Source: a virus (lineage: Duplodnaviria > Caudoviricetes). Taken from it: 64,000 nucleotides of DNA. Below, piece after piece: positions 8,889 to 18,033 of this stretch (position 1 is the first letter of the stretch; every line of letters starts with the position of its first letter). The position numbers were made by a program, and so were the translations under genes. The notes below the pieces were generated by a model. That model saw only the letters and a list, made by a program, of their open reading frames with translations, ran no database searches and was not told the DNA's origin. The stretch is taken from positions 47,991 to 111,990 of the IMG/VR virus record IMGVR_UViG_2908764845_000006; one strand, given 5' to 3'.

Positions 8889-8964
8889 TGGTGCCAAGGG
8901 ATGGGTTTGAACCACCGACGCCCGCGCCTTCAACGCGGCGCTCTACCGGCTGAGCTACCTTGGC
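8889..8964 (-). tRNA. tRNA-Phe (GAA)
   Basis: 76-nt cloverleaf GCCAAGG..CCGCG TT-GAA-GG CGCGG..TTCAAAC..CCTTGGC A CCA. Confidence 0.93.
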
Positions 8965-9452
8965 GAATGAGCAGCCCTGCCCCCGGCGCGACCGGGTTCA
9001 ATCGAACCGCCGCTGCGTATTGCCATGGTGCGCAGCGGCGACAAGATCGGGAGGCGTCCTGAGACGCGCAGGGCATGAAACTGACTGAGGGACCGCCTCC
9101 GACAGAGACGGCCCCTCGATAGTCGGTCACGACGAACTGACAAACAATGCGCGAAGGAGCGGTACGAGCACCTCGTTGCATCGGGGGCGCGTATAGCGCG
9201 CCCCGCCAGCACGATGGAAGAAAAATCTTGGTCTCGCGATCAGCAATTCGTGAGTGCCCGGCGTGGAGCCTCAGCGATCGAGCTCGTGCAGGAAGGCGAG
9301 GCATTCGACGCCGCAGTCGGTGCGGACCTTGGCATAGTCGACGCCGATGCGCGAGCTGTGGATCGACAGGACGGTGGCGCGCCGCGCGTCTGGGCGCGGA
9401 TCGCCAAGCCGCAGGAACTTGAGCGTCACGCGGTCGCCGACCTTGACGTCGT

Positions 9453-9749
9453 TCACCACCAAGCATCCACGATCTGGTCGTGCGGTACGAAGGCCTTGCC
9501 GCCGTCGAGTACGTAGACGCGGGCGCCCAGCTCGGGGACGATCACCTTGGTGATCACCCGCGGCGTGTTCGGGAAGCACTTGGTGCGGACCGTCATACCC
9601 TGCCGGTAACCGCGCACGCGATCGAAGGCGCGCTCAGTGACGCTGCCGAACTCGCGGTGGAAGTGGAAGCGGCCGCGGAACGTGACGCTGCCGACGAGCT
9701 TCGGCTCGTCAGAGGGCTGCGGCTGGACGGCGACCTCCACCTTGCTCAC
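9453..9749 (-). CDS. hypothetical protein
   Basis: Coupled ORF in leftward operon. Confidence 0.55.
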   Translation of the reverse strand: MSKVEVAVQPQPSDEPKLVGSVTFRGRFHFHREFGSVTERAFDRVRGYRQGMTVRTKCFPNTPRVITKVIVPELGARVYVLDGGKAFVPHDQIVDAWW

Positions 9750-10180
9750 GCGCGCACCAGACCGTTGGCCTCGGTGAGCGAGCCCGCCTCGATCTGGCGG
9801 AGCCGCCGCGCCACTGCGCGGGGACCGTTGAGACCGTTCTTGTAGTAGGCGGCGGTGCGCTGACCGCGCGTGATCCAGCGGATGTAGCGGCGCGAGCCGG
9901 TGCCGGACATGGCGAGAGCGGCCGCTTGAGCGGCGACGTGATCGAAAGCGCGTTTGAACATGGCGGGGGACCTGCGTGGGTGCTTGACATGGAAATGCCC
10001 GGGCTGGGCCCGGGCATCAGGATAGTTGCCGCTGTTCTCAAAGCCGGATGCGCCCCCACGGACATCACAGCGAGGGCCCGACGGGAGACCAATCTCGTCG
10101 GCTAGGCACGCGGCTCTCCCCATGGCCTAGAGGTGGCCCCGCCCCTGTTGGTCCAGAGGCGAGGCCGTTGTCGTGGTCGG

Positions 10181-10699
10181 TTACTGCGCGGCGGGAGCCG
10201 CAGGAGCAGCAGCGGCGGCAGGGTCAGCAGCAGGAGCAGCGGGAGCCGCAGCCGGATCGGTCGGAGCCGGAGCCGCCGCCGGCGCCTGAGTGGCGTCGGC
10301 CGGAGCAGCAGCCGGGGCCGCAGCGGCGGCAGCAGCGGGAGCCGGCTGACCAGCCAGCGCGGTCTGCGCGGCGTTGACCGCATCGCCGAGCGCCTTCACC
10401 ACGCCGTCGATGGCGTTGGCCGAGGACTCGACCACGGCCGGGTCGACACCGGGCACCTGGCTGGCGATGGCGACGATCTTGGCGGTCTCGGTCTGCATGA
10501 TCGAGACGGCGGCGGGGATCGCGGCAAGCAATGCGGCGACGGCGGTGGTGAGATGATCCTGTTCAGCGGACATATGCTGCAGCTCCAGTTCAAGGTGAGC
10601 CATCCGCTGCTCCATCGAGAGATGCGGAGGACGAGATGCGCGGCGCTGATTGCGCTTGGCGCGGTGGATGTTGATGAGGTCGAGTAGTTCAGCGAACAT
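10181..10699 (-). CDS. hypothetical protein with Ala/Pro-rich low-complexity tail
   Basis: Helical N-terminal half followed by APAAA repeats. Confidence 0.6.
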   Translation of the reverse strand: MFAELLDLINIHRAKRNQRRASRPPHLSMEQRMAHLELELQHMSAEQDHLTTAVAALLAAIPAAVSIMQTETAKIVAIASQVPGVDPAVVESSANAIDGVVKALGDAVNAAQTALAGQPAPAAAAAAAPAAAPADATQAPAAAPAPTDPAAAPAAPAADPAAAAAPAAPAAQ

Positions 10700-10883
10700 C
10701 AGGCGATCTCCGGTGGGGCGCCTTCTTTGGCGAAACCGATCAGGTCGATGAGCGCGTCGCGCTCGCGCTGCTGGCGCGAGCCGATCAGCGGCGCGGCTGG
10801 CGGGAGAGAGCGCGTGAAGCGCTCGATCTCGTGCTGCAGCCGCAGATACTGAAACGTGGTGAAGGGAACGACGTTGGACACCG

Positions 10884-11300
10884 TCAGCGCCCCGTCTGGA
10901 TCGCCGGGAAGTCGGGGTGCCCCGGATGGGGACGCGACTGGGTGGGAAGCCCGAGCTTGGCGCGAACCTTGATCTTGTTCGCGGTGTCCATCGCGTACCC
11001 GCCGTCGACCACGGTGCGGAAGGTGATGCCGTGACCCTTCAGCGTCTTGCGCAGCTTGCTGAGGTGGACGTCCACCGTCTTGTCGCACGGCAGATCGCAG
11101 TCCGGCCGGTGGCCGTACAGCATCGCGTAGAGCGCGTCGTGGGTGACGAAGGAGCGGTTGAGCAGCATGCCGAGGATCTTCGGCTGCGTGGCGCCGGTGA
11201 GGCCGAAGGCCAGGCGCAGCTGCACGAGGAACGGCTCGTCGACGCCGAGGATCGCCTCCAGCTGGGCAACGCGATCGCGCAGCGCTTCGAGCTCAGTCAT
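10884..11300 (-). CDS. OmpR/PhoB-type winged-helix DNA-binding protein lacking a receiver domain
   Basis: KTVDVHLSKLRKTL...FRTVVDGGY motif. Confidence 0.75.
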   Translation of the reverse strand: MTELEALRDRVAQLEAILGVDEPFLVQLRLAFGLTGATQPKILGMLLNRSFVTHDALYAMLYGHRPDCDLPCDKTVDVHLSKLRKTLKGHGITFRTVVDGGYAMDTANKIKVRAKLGLPTQSRPHPGHPDFPAIQTGR

Positions 11301-11646
11301 GCGTCCCCGCTTCGGCGCCGTTGAAATGCACGCATAGCGGATCGGAGCCGGCCTCGAAGGATCGGCACACGTCCGGACGGTCCTCGTAAATCGTGCAGCG
11401 GCCGTCGGCGCCGAGCTTCGGGCACGTCCACTCGAAGGTGGCGTAAGGCCGCCCGCTCTCCGGATCGACGTAGCTCGACAGCGGCGCGATGGGCTCGAAC
11501 GGCAGACCGTGCGCGCGCGCCTGCGCGCTCACGTCCTCGTCGGTCCAGACCGTCAGCGGCTCGCCGTTCTGCGACAGATGCATCACCCGGCAGCACTGAC
11601 CGGGCGCGTAGCAGCGATCACAGAGGCTCACCGCGACTTTTCCCAC
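11293..11646 (-). CDS. YkgJ-like Cys-cluster (CxxCxxCC) protein
   Basis: CDRC..PGQCC...CPKL..GRCTIYEDRPDVCRSF. Confidence 0.75.
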   Translation of the reverse strand: MGKVAVSLCDRCYAPGQCCRVMHLSQNGEPLTVWTDEDVSAQARAHGLPFEPIAPLSSYVDPESGRPYATFEWTCPKLGADGRCTIYEDRPDVCRSFEAGSDPLCVHFNGAEAGTHD

Positions 11647-12047
11647 TCTCGCTCGCGATACTCGCGCAGCTCGATGCGATAGCTGTCGGCTTCCTCATAG
11701 ACCCGGACCGGGATCACCCGGCTCTCGGTATCCTTGTGAGTGTCCTTCAGCAGTTCGACCGCCTCGGCCTTGGTCCACCGGATGGTGTCGCCCCAGATGC
11801 CTTGGCAGCCGTTGGCGAGGGCCCACGCCTCGGTGCCGCCGTGCAACTGGATGGCACAGGCCGGGCACTTCGGACCGAACTCGTCGGTGTTGAGGATGGA
11901 CGCGCGCGGGTCAGCCGCGTCGAAGAAGTACTCGCACTCCTCGCACACCAGCCGGAGGTCCGGCTGCACGGGCGCCTTGCAGCCATCCTTGATGCAGGCT
12001 GCGAGCGTGAGACAGTTTTCGGAGCAGTGCCGCGGGAAGCTCTTCAT
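11628..12047 (-). CDS. hypothetical Zn-finger protein
   Basis: CEEC...CPAC; ATG overlaps upstream stop. Confidence 0.55.
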   Translation of the reverse strand: MKSFPRHCSENCLTLAACIKDGCKAPVQPDLRLVCEECEYFFDAADPRASILNTDEFGPKCPACAIQLHGGTEAWALANGCQGIWGDTIRWTKAEAVELLKDTHKDTESRVIPVRVYEEADSYRIELREYREREWEKSR

Positions 12048-12262
12048 CAGATCGGCCTGTAGTTCGCCGGGTGCGCGAAGTAGAGCTCGAGGTCGGCGAC
12101 CTTGAAGTGCGCGACGACGAGATACTCGGGCACGCCCAGCTGATGCTTCGTAAGCGCGCATTTTACTGCACAGGCTGCGCGCGCGGCTGGCCGCGGCGTC
12201 GCGTGGCGCCGGGGCCCAGCGGGATCATCGGAACGGCTTGATTGATCCTGAGCGTTTGACGG

Positions 12263-13864
12263 TCAGCCGCTGTCGTTGTCAGCTGGCAGGTTTTTTTGAG
12301 CGGTGCAATTGAACGGCAACAGATCTTCGATATCGGCGTCTGGCGCGCGTTGGGGCAATTCGGTGAGCGCGTGACGTAGCCATGCATAGGGATCGACGCC
12401 GCATGCCCGGCATGTCAGCACCAAACTGTAGATCACGGCGCTTGCCTTGGCGCCGGCAACGGTGTCGCTGAACAGCCAACTTTTTCGTCCGGTGCAAAAC
12501 GGCCTGATGTCGCGCTCCAGAACATTGTTATCGATCGGGGCGAGACCGTCACTGGTGTAACGGGTCAGATAATCCCATTGGTTGCGTGCATAGGCGATCG
12601 CCTTGCCGGTCAAGCTTTCGGGTAGCACCTTCGGCGCCTGGTCGTCGAGCCAGGTCCGGAAGGCGGCCAATACCGGCAGGCTATGCTGCTGGCGCAGCCG
12701 CAAGGTGTATGCGGCGCGCGTTTCGCCGTCGGGCGGCGTCTGGCGCGCCACCCTCTCGACCTCGTACAACGCCTCGAAGAACTTGAGCGCCTGCAATGGC
12801 GGACCGCCAGGCTTTGTCCTGGCCTTGAGCGCATCGGTAAATTTCCTGCGCGCATGCGCCATACAGCCGAGATGGGTCGCGCCTGTCAGCGTGCGCCAGG
12901 CGTCATAGCCGTCGCTCATCAACAAGCCGCGATAGCCGGCCAGGAAGGCCTGAGGATGTTGCTGGCCGCGACCGGGCTGGTAATCGAACAGCACGACCGG
13001 CTGCGCGCAGTCCTGGCCGCTGCGATAGGCCCACATGAAGGATTTGGCCTGCGCATCACGGCCGTCCTCTTTAAGAACCTGGACCCAGGTTTCGTCGCCG
13101 TGGACCAGGGGCTGCGACATGAGCTTTTGCTGTAGCGCGTCATAGACCCGATGCAGATGCAACTCGCTCGCCCGGATCACCCAGTTGCCCAGCGTCCCGC
13201 GGCTGATGCTGACGTCGGCGCGCCCCAGCGCGTCCGCCACACGGTACAGCGGCGTGCCGTCGACGTATTTGTTGGCGAGCACCAGCGCCAGCGTCGATGG
13301 CGTGGCGACGCTACCCGGCAGCGGCTGCGCCGGCATCGGCGCGGTCACAATCGGGGTGTTCAGCGCGGTGCGCTCGCAGTGACGGCAGGCATATTTGAAC
13401 CGCACATGTTGCAGCACCGACGCCTTGACCTCGACGTGCAACTGCTCGGTGACGGTCTCGCCCATCCGATGCATCCGATTATGGCAGCACGGACAGTCCT
13501 TTTGATCCTCACCCAGATCGTGTTCGACGCGTTGGCGCGGCAGATCGTCAGGCAGCGGCTTGCGGCCGCGTGCCTTCGGCGCCGGCTTTGGAGCCTCCGG
13601 CAATCCCGTGTCCGGCACGGCGACCGCCTCGACATCGTCGTCGTCCCGGCTTTCAGCGGCGGCCTGCTCGGCTTCGTTGAAGATGCGCTCCTTGAGCTTT
13701 TCGCTCTTCGGCGCATACCGGTGCAGGCGCTCCAGGCGCAACTGCTCCTCTAGATGCAGCACGCGTTGTGCGAGTTTCTCGTTTTCGGCCTTCAGCGCCG
13801 CGATCTCGGCCGCGTGCGCCGCGATCAAGGCTTCCAGTTCGTGCGTCGTGGGCTTGCGACTCAT
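12263..13864 (-). CDS. tnpC: IS66 transposase TnpC
   Basis: Leucine zipper, zinc finger, HGDET, CMAHARRKF and IDNN..ER motifs. Confidence 0.95.
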   Translation of the reverse strand: MSRKPTTHELEALIAAHAAEIAALKAENEKLAQRVLHLEEQLRLERLHRYAPKSEKLKERIFNEAEQAAAESRDDDDVEAVAVPDTGLPEAPKPAPKARGRKPLPDDLPRQRVEHDLGEDQKDCPCCHNRMHRMGETVTEQLHVEVKASVLQHVRFKYACRHCERTALNTPIVTAPMPAQPLPGSVATPSTLALVLANKYVDGTPLYRVADALGRADVSISRGTLGNWVIRASELHLHRVYDALQQKLMSQPLVHGDETWVQVLKEDGRDAQAKSFMWAYRSGQDCAQPVVLFDYQPGRGQQHPQAFLAGYRGLLMSDGYDAWRTLTGATHLGCMAHARRKFTDALKARTKPGGPPLQALKFFEALYEVERVARQTPPDGETRAAYTLRLRQQHSLPVLAAFRTWLDDQAPKVLPESLTGKAIAYARNQWDYLTRYTSDGLAPIDNNVLERDIRPFCTGRKSWLFSDTVAGAKASAVIYSLVLTCRACGVDPYAWLRHALTELPQRAPDADIEDLLPFNCTAQKNLPADNDSG

Positions 13865-13989
13865 CGGAGTCTTGAATCGAAGTCATGCCGCCGCGTCAAC
13901 CGGGCTCCCATGTCTTCGTCATGTCTTCGGCCGCGTCATCTGAGAACGGCCATGCCGAAGCCCGATGACGCCGCCCGCATCGAACACGC

Positions 13990-14343
13990 TCAGCCCACGC
14001 TCTGATATTGCCGCACCGGATGACGACGCACCGCCGCGATGTTGATGCCGTCAAGCAGCCAGTGCAGCTCCTCCGTCGTCAGCGTCAGCACCGCCTCCTG
14101 ACTTCGGGGCCAGTGGAATCTGTCGGCCTCCAGCCGCTTCAGCAGCATCCAAAATCCTGACCGATCATAAATCAGCAGCTTGATCCGGTCGCGGCGACGA
14201 TTGCAGAACGCGAACACCGCGCGCTGGAACGGATCCAGCCCCATCGACTGCTCGACCACGATCGCCAGGCTGTTGATGCCCGCCCGGAAGTCAATCGGTT
14301 CGCGGTGAAGGTAGACCCGAAGATCAGACGCCAGTCGGAACAT
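13990..14343 (-). CDS. tnpB: IS66 accessory protein TnpB
   Basis: PIDFRAGINSL...FCNRRRDRIKLL...KRLE. Confidence 0.93.
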   Translation of the reverse strand: MFRLASDLRVYLHREPIDFRAGINSLAIVVEQSMGLDPFQRAVFAFCNRRRDRIKLLIYDRSGFWMLLKRLEADRFHWPRSQEAVLTLTTEELHWLLDGINIAAVRRHPVRQYQSVG

Positions 14344-14770
14344 CGCAACGCCCCAGCGCTTCAATCACCGCCGACAGCAACTGCGCGTCGCCGCCTTCCA
14401 GCGAAAGCGTCACGCCGTTGGGCATCGATGCCGTCAGCCGCCCTGCACAGGATCGCTCCGTCGCGCAAACCGCAATCGCGCCAGCAGATCGAGTTGGCGA
14501 CGGCGACGGCGCGCGAACCGGAATAAAGGCTGGCGCAATCGGCGCCCGCGCCTCCGGCTGGCCATCCCCGTTCTGAAGTTGTCGCTTGGCCACCCACTTG
14601 CGCAGCAGGTTCGCGTTCACGCCGTGTTGCAGCGCAAGCCCCGCCAGCGACACGCCAGACTGCAGACAGGCCTCGACCAGCCGCTGTTTGCTGGCCGGAT
14701 CATAGCGACGCCGGCCATTGCGCAACACGCCGACCGTCTCAAGTCTCAAAGGTTCTTCTGGAGTGATCAT
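14324..14770 (-). CDS. tnpA: IS66 TnpA (HTH)
   Basis: GRRRY...SLAGLALQHGVNANLLRKW. Confidence 0.9.
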   Translation of the reverse strand: MITPEEPLRLETVGVLRNGRRRYDPASKQRLVEACLQSGVSLAGLALQHGVNANLLRKWVAKRQLQNGDGQPEARAPIAPAFIPVRAPSPSPTRSAGAIAVCATERSCAGRLTASMPNGVTLSLEGGDAQLLSAVIEALGRCDVPTGV

Positions 14771-14999
14771 CGATCGTGTCCACCTCGCTCATGGTGGACA
14801 CCTCATCCCATCCCCGCGCTCAACTGCATAGGTGCGTAGAAAGGAGCGCTTACGATGCTTCAGCTCGTGCACCTTGGCGACCGCCTTCTCCCGGGTGGAG
14901 GCCGCGACGAACCAGCAGGACCGGTTGTCGTCGCAGTAGGCGACCGCCATGAACGGATTGAGCCTGATCTCGTCGAGCGTGAGGTAGCCGCTGCCGCCG

Positions 15000-15566
15000 T
15001 TACCCACGTCGGGCACGTTCCGCCAGCATCAGCGCGGCGACGTCGTAGGCGGTCGAGGCCAGGTCGCGATGGTCGACGACGCAGGAGGCCAACAGCCCGG
15101 ACATCGCATGAGCCGCGAACACGTCGCGCATGTAGGCGACGGCTTCGGGGTCCAGCTCGGGAGCTTTGGTGGTGGACCCGGGAGGGGCGACCAGAAGGTC
15201 GCTGAGGTCAGCGCCCGTGCCGGGGCCCGGCTCCGCTTGAGCTGCGCCGGTCCCGACCAGCGTCTCCACCCCGGAGGCCACGGTCTGACCGAGCACCGCC
15301 GGGTCGAGGACCTTGAACACATCCTCGGAGCGGTACCGCGAGAGCGGGTCGGGCGCCTGCCGGCCGGCGATGATGTCGGGCGGAGCGATGCCATCCAGCG
15401 GACGGTTGAAGTTGCCGAAGGGCGGAGTGTGAAAGACGACCCCGGACGGGACCTCGATGGTCGGCGTGTCCCCGAACAGGACGCGCGACAGCTCCTCGAC
15501 CGTGCGAGGCGCGTTGTTGCGAGCCGGCTCGAACACGATCGAGCCGACGGTGAGGTCTTTCGACAT
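15000..15566 (-). CDS. hypothetical protein
   Basis: C-terminal MRDVFAAHAMSGLLA...AYDVAALMLAER common phage motif. Confidence 0.6.
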   Translation of the reverse strand: MSKDLTVGSIVFEPARNNAPRTVEELSRVLFGDTPTIEVPSGVVFHTPPFGNFNRPLDGIAPPDIIAGRQAPDPLSRYRSEDVFKVLDPAVLGQTVASGVETLVGTGAAQAEPGPGTGADLSDLLVAPPGSTTKAPELDPEAVAYMRDVFAAHAMSGLLASCVVDHRDLASTAYDVAALMLAERARRG

Positions 15567-16097
15567 CGGGCGGGGTCCAACGATGGGGGCTGGGCGGAAC
15601 TGGACGTGGACGTCCAATGGTGTTTCCCCGCCTCCCCCTACCCGGCCAGGATGGGCGGTGTCGGGACGGAAGCGGGGGCGGAAAGCGACGGAGGCCAGCG
15701 TCAGCCGTGCCTAGGAGGGCTGGCGCTGACCTCACGTGACCGGCTATCGGAGGGCCGGATCGGGGGAAACTGGTTGGGGACTACGAGGGACGTCGTCTCG
15801 GGTGACGCGGGACCATCGGGACCGCGCGGTCTCCGGTCTGGGTGACCGGGCGCAGCTTCCCGTTAGGAAGTACCCTCATGGATACCTTCCCCCACAATCA
15901 ATCTGACGATGTTCCTGAGTGAACGGCACACCCTCGCTTGATGCTCGGGGTGCCTCATGACGCAGTGGTGGCCGCGCCCGGGCGTGTGTAGGCCACGGTT
16001 TTGACAGCAAAAACAAGATTAATTTGCGTTTACGACTGGGAACGGAGGGTCGATGCACCGGCTAAGCGGATTGAAGCATCGACAGGATCGGCCATGA

Positions 16098-16931
16098 TCA
16101 CGTTTTCGTGAAATGCACCATGCTGGTGCACGATGAAAGCTCGGAACCGAGGCGTTTGACCAGCCACTCGGTGTAGCTGACAGCTGATTCGTCGAGGGGG
16201 ACATCCGACGATGTCCCATTGTCCCCCGATTGTCCCGCCGAATGTCCCTGCGAATGTCCCTGCGATCCGGCGCCCTGCCCGGGCTCCTTGATGGTGGCCT
16301 TGGCGAACTTCTCCCCGAGGAAGGCCGACCACGACAGCTTGGGCGAGCCCTCCTTGCGCGACTTGTACTCGGCCTTGAGGCGGTCGCGATCTGCGCGGTC
16401 GAGCGCGTTGTAGAGCTCGGTCAGCGCGTCATAGGCCTCGCGGTTCTCATGGGTGCGGTGGACCCGGTCCTTGAGCTGGGTGTACTCGCGGTTGATCCGC
16501 TTCATGGTGCCGTCGCGCTGCCAGCGGGCGAGCGCCTCCTCCACCCTCCGGGCGACGCTGGCGAACGTCGTGGTGACGTCGCAGTCCTCGATCGGGGTGA
16601 TGCCGGCGCAGAACGCCGTGCCCCGGACCAGCTCCACCACGGCCTCGACCTCGGCCGCGACCATCAGGCCATCCCTCGACTGCTGGATCTGGCGGTTGGC
16701 CTCGAACAGCTGCTTCAGGACGGCGGCGGCCTCGCGCTCGGTCCGGAACCAGACCTTGGTGCCGCGCGCCTTCATGGCGGCGATGCGGCGGCTGACCATG
16801 CGCGTCTTGGACGCGCCCGGCAGCCGGTCGATCAGGATGCAGGTCAGACCCAGCCGCTCCAGGAAATCCTCGGCGAGACGGAGGGCGGGACCTTTGGGAG
16901 AGGAGATCGACACGCTGTGAAGCATGGACAT
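16098..16931 (-). CDS. hypothetical protein containing internal GGGACA DNA repeats
   Basis: 277-aa ORF; repeat tract at 16198-16260. Confidence 0.6.
   Translation of the reverse strand: MSMLHSVSISSPKGPALRLAEDFLERLGLTCILIDRLPGASKTRMVSRRIAAMKARGTKVWFRTEREAAAVLKQLFEANRQIQQSRDGLMVAAEVEAVVELVRGTAFCAGITPIEDCDVTTTFASVARRVEEALARWQRDGTMKRINREYTQLKDRVHRTHENREAYDALTELYNALDRADRDRLKAEYKSRKEGSPKLSWSAFLGEKFAKATIKEPGQGAGSQGHSQGHSAGQSGDNGTSSDVPLDESAVSYTEWLVKRLGSELSSCTSMVHFTKT
16114..16130. promoter_or_regulatory. operator-like palindrome TGCACC-N5-GGTGCA
   Basis: TGCACC ATGCT GGTGCA. Confidence 0.6.
16198..16260 (-). repeat. GGGACA array (left copy)
   Basis: Five GGGACA units then GGATGTCCC on the minus strand. 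Confidence 0.75.
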
Positions 16932-17030
16932 CTCGCTTATCTGCTTCGCAGAATCCTCGACAACGACCTTTCGTCTATCACCGTAATTGTACGGAACCGT
17001 AAAGCCGCGCGGGATGCCAGCACACCCGAA

Positions 17031-17080
17031 GGGACATGCTTAGGGGACATTGGTGGACAGTGGACATTGATGGATGTCCC
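17031..17080 (+). repeat. GG(G)ACA array (right, inverted copy)
   Basis: Four GGACA units then GGATGTCCC on the plus strand. Confidence 0.7.
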
Positions 17081-17090
17081 TTGTTTCACG

Positions 17091-17107
17091 TGCAACACTC
17101 TGGTGCA
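17091..17107. promoter_or_regulatory. operator-like palindrome (1 mismatch)
   Basis: TGCAAC ACTCT GGTGCA. Confidence 0.5.
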
Positions 17108-17158
17108 GAGGTGGCACGGGGTTTGATGCGGAGGCGCTCACGCGGGTATGGTTGCGAC

Positions 17159-17350
17159 ATGCCCAGACCCCGCAAGCCAGATGGCGCCGTGATCGTAAGC
17201 GTGACCCGCAGCGAGGGCCGATCGCGCACCCTCCCCGCGACGTGGACCGACGGCTCCCGCGTGCTGGCATCCGATCTCCAGCCGGGCGCGACCTACGAGC
17301 TCGACCCGGAGACCGGCGCGATCCGCCGATCCCAGCAGCCGGTCCGATAG
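17159..17350 (+). CDS. small hypothetical protein
   Basis: MPRPRKPDG... downstream of operator. Confidence 0.45.
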   Translation: MPRPRKPDGAVIVSVTRSEGRSRTLPATWTDGSRVLASDLQPGATYELDPETGAIRRSQQPVR

Positions 17351-17444
17351 CCCGCTCACGCGACGGCCAGGTTCGACGCCCCTCCCGATCTCACCGCTTC
17401 ACGTGAAGGCGACGGCTTCGCCGTCATCAGGCTGCGATGGGATG

Positions 17445-17930
17445 GGCCGGGGGGGCGGTTTTTCGGCTTTTTAGACATTTTTGGCCGTTTTCGGCCCTTT
17501 GGGGCCCGTTTTGGGGCCCTGCCCGGGCTTCCCTGCCCGTGATTCGGGGGCCCGGGGCCCGTCCATCTCTCCCGGGGGCCGGGGCCGGGCTTCCTGCCTG
17601 CCCGGGGCCCGTATGCCGGGCCATCTCCCGGGCTTTCCCTGCCCGGGCCCGATTCGGGGGCCCTTCCGGGCCCGGCTCCGGGCCCTATGCCTTTCCCGGG
17701 CTTCCGGGGCCCTGCTAGGGCCCTTCCGTTTCCGGGCTCCAAGTCCGGCCGGGGGCCGGTTCCCTAATCAGCGGCGTTGCTAGGGGCCCGATTCCCGGGC
17801 TTTAGGGGCCCGCACATTCGCGTTTCCGGCGCACCCGTAGGGGCCCTTTTGCACCAGTCAGGTGCATTACCGGCCCTGCCCGGGCCCGTTGGGGCCCTGC
17901 CCGGGGGCCCGTAGCATCCCGGTTCCGGCC
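17445..17930. repeat. GGGCCC/CCGGG-rich low-complexity block (left) with phased T-tracts
   Basis: Many GGGCCC and CCCGG words, A-poor plus strand; T-tracts about every 10 bp at 17459-17512. Confidence 0.8.
17850..17866. promoter_or_regulatory. operator TGCACC-N5-GGTGCA
   Basis: TGCACC AGTCA GGTGCA. Confidence 0.7.
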
Positions 17931-17931
17931 C

Positions 17932-17947
17932 TTAACGGCCAATTAAC
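17932..17947 (+). promoter_or_regulatory. CtrA-binding box
   Basis: TTAA-CGGCCAA-TTAAC matches TTAA-N7-TTAAC; degenerate second box at 17953-17968. Confidence 0.7.
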
Positions 17948-18003
17948 GCGCGTTTTCAACGGGTTAACCGGTGCACTTTTTCGCCTTTCCAGTGCATTTC
18001 ACC

Positions 18004-18033
18004 TTTACTATATGCACCCATTCGGTGCATTAT
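18004..18033 (+). promoter_or_regulatory. putative rightward early promoter with operator (18013-18029) in the spacer
   Basis: TTTACT-N18-CATTAT flanking TGCACC CATTC GGTGCA. Confidence 0.6.

Larger units (their letters stand above)
12150..14853 (-). mobile_element. IS66 family insertion sequence
   Basis: GTAAGCG termini, imperfect ~22-bp TIRs, 8-bp target duplication GATGCTTC (12142-12149 and 14854-14861), tnpA-B-C. Confidence 0.96.
12047..15016 (-). pseudogene. small phage gene split by IS66
   Basis: Removing the IS and one target-duplication copy restores MPDVG...ELKHQLGVPEYLVAHF...NYRPI*. Confidence 0.75.

Noticed and set aside
10181-10350. GC-rich tandem-like repeats
   Set aside because: Explained by the Ala/Pro-rich coding tail of the 10181-10699 gene.
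16940-16952. TTCGCAG at 16945 and in-gene copies (near 23019, 35954, 38558, 55467, 56566)
   Set aside because: No flanking stem of 4 bp or more around the 7-nt loop, or wrong strand; not counted in the family.
17356-17783. Pro/Gly-rich ORFs over the GGGCCC block
   Set aside because: They appear to be artefacts of low-complexity, stop-poor DNA, with no RBS or phage-like codon usage.
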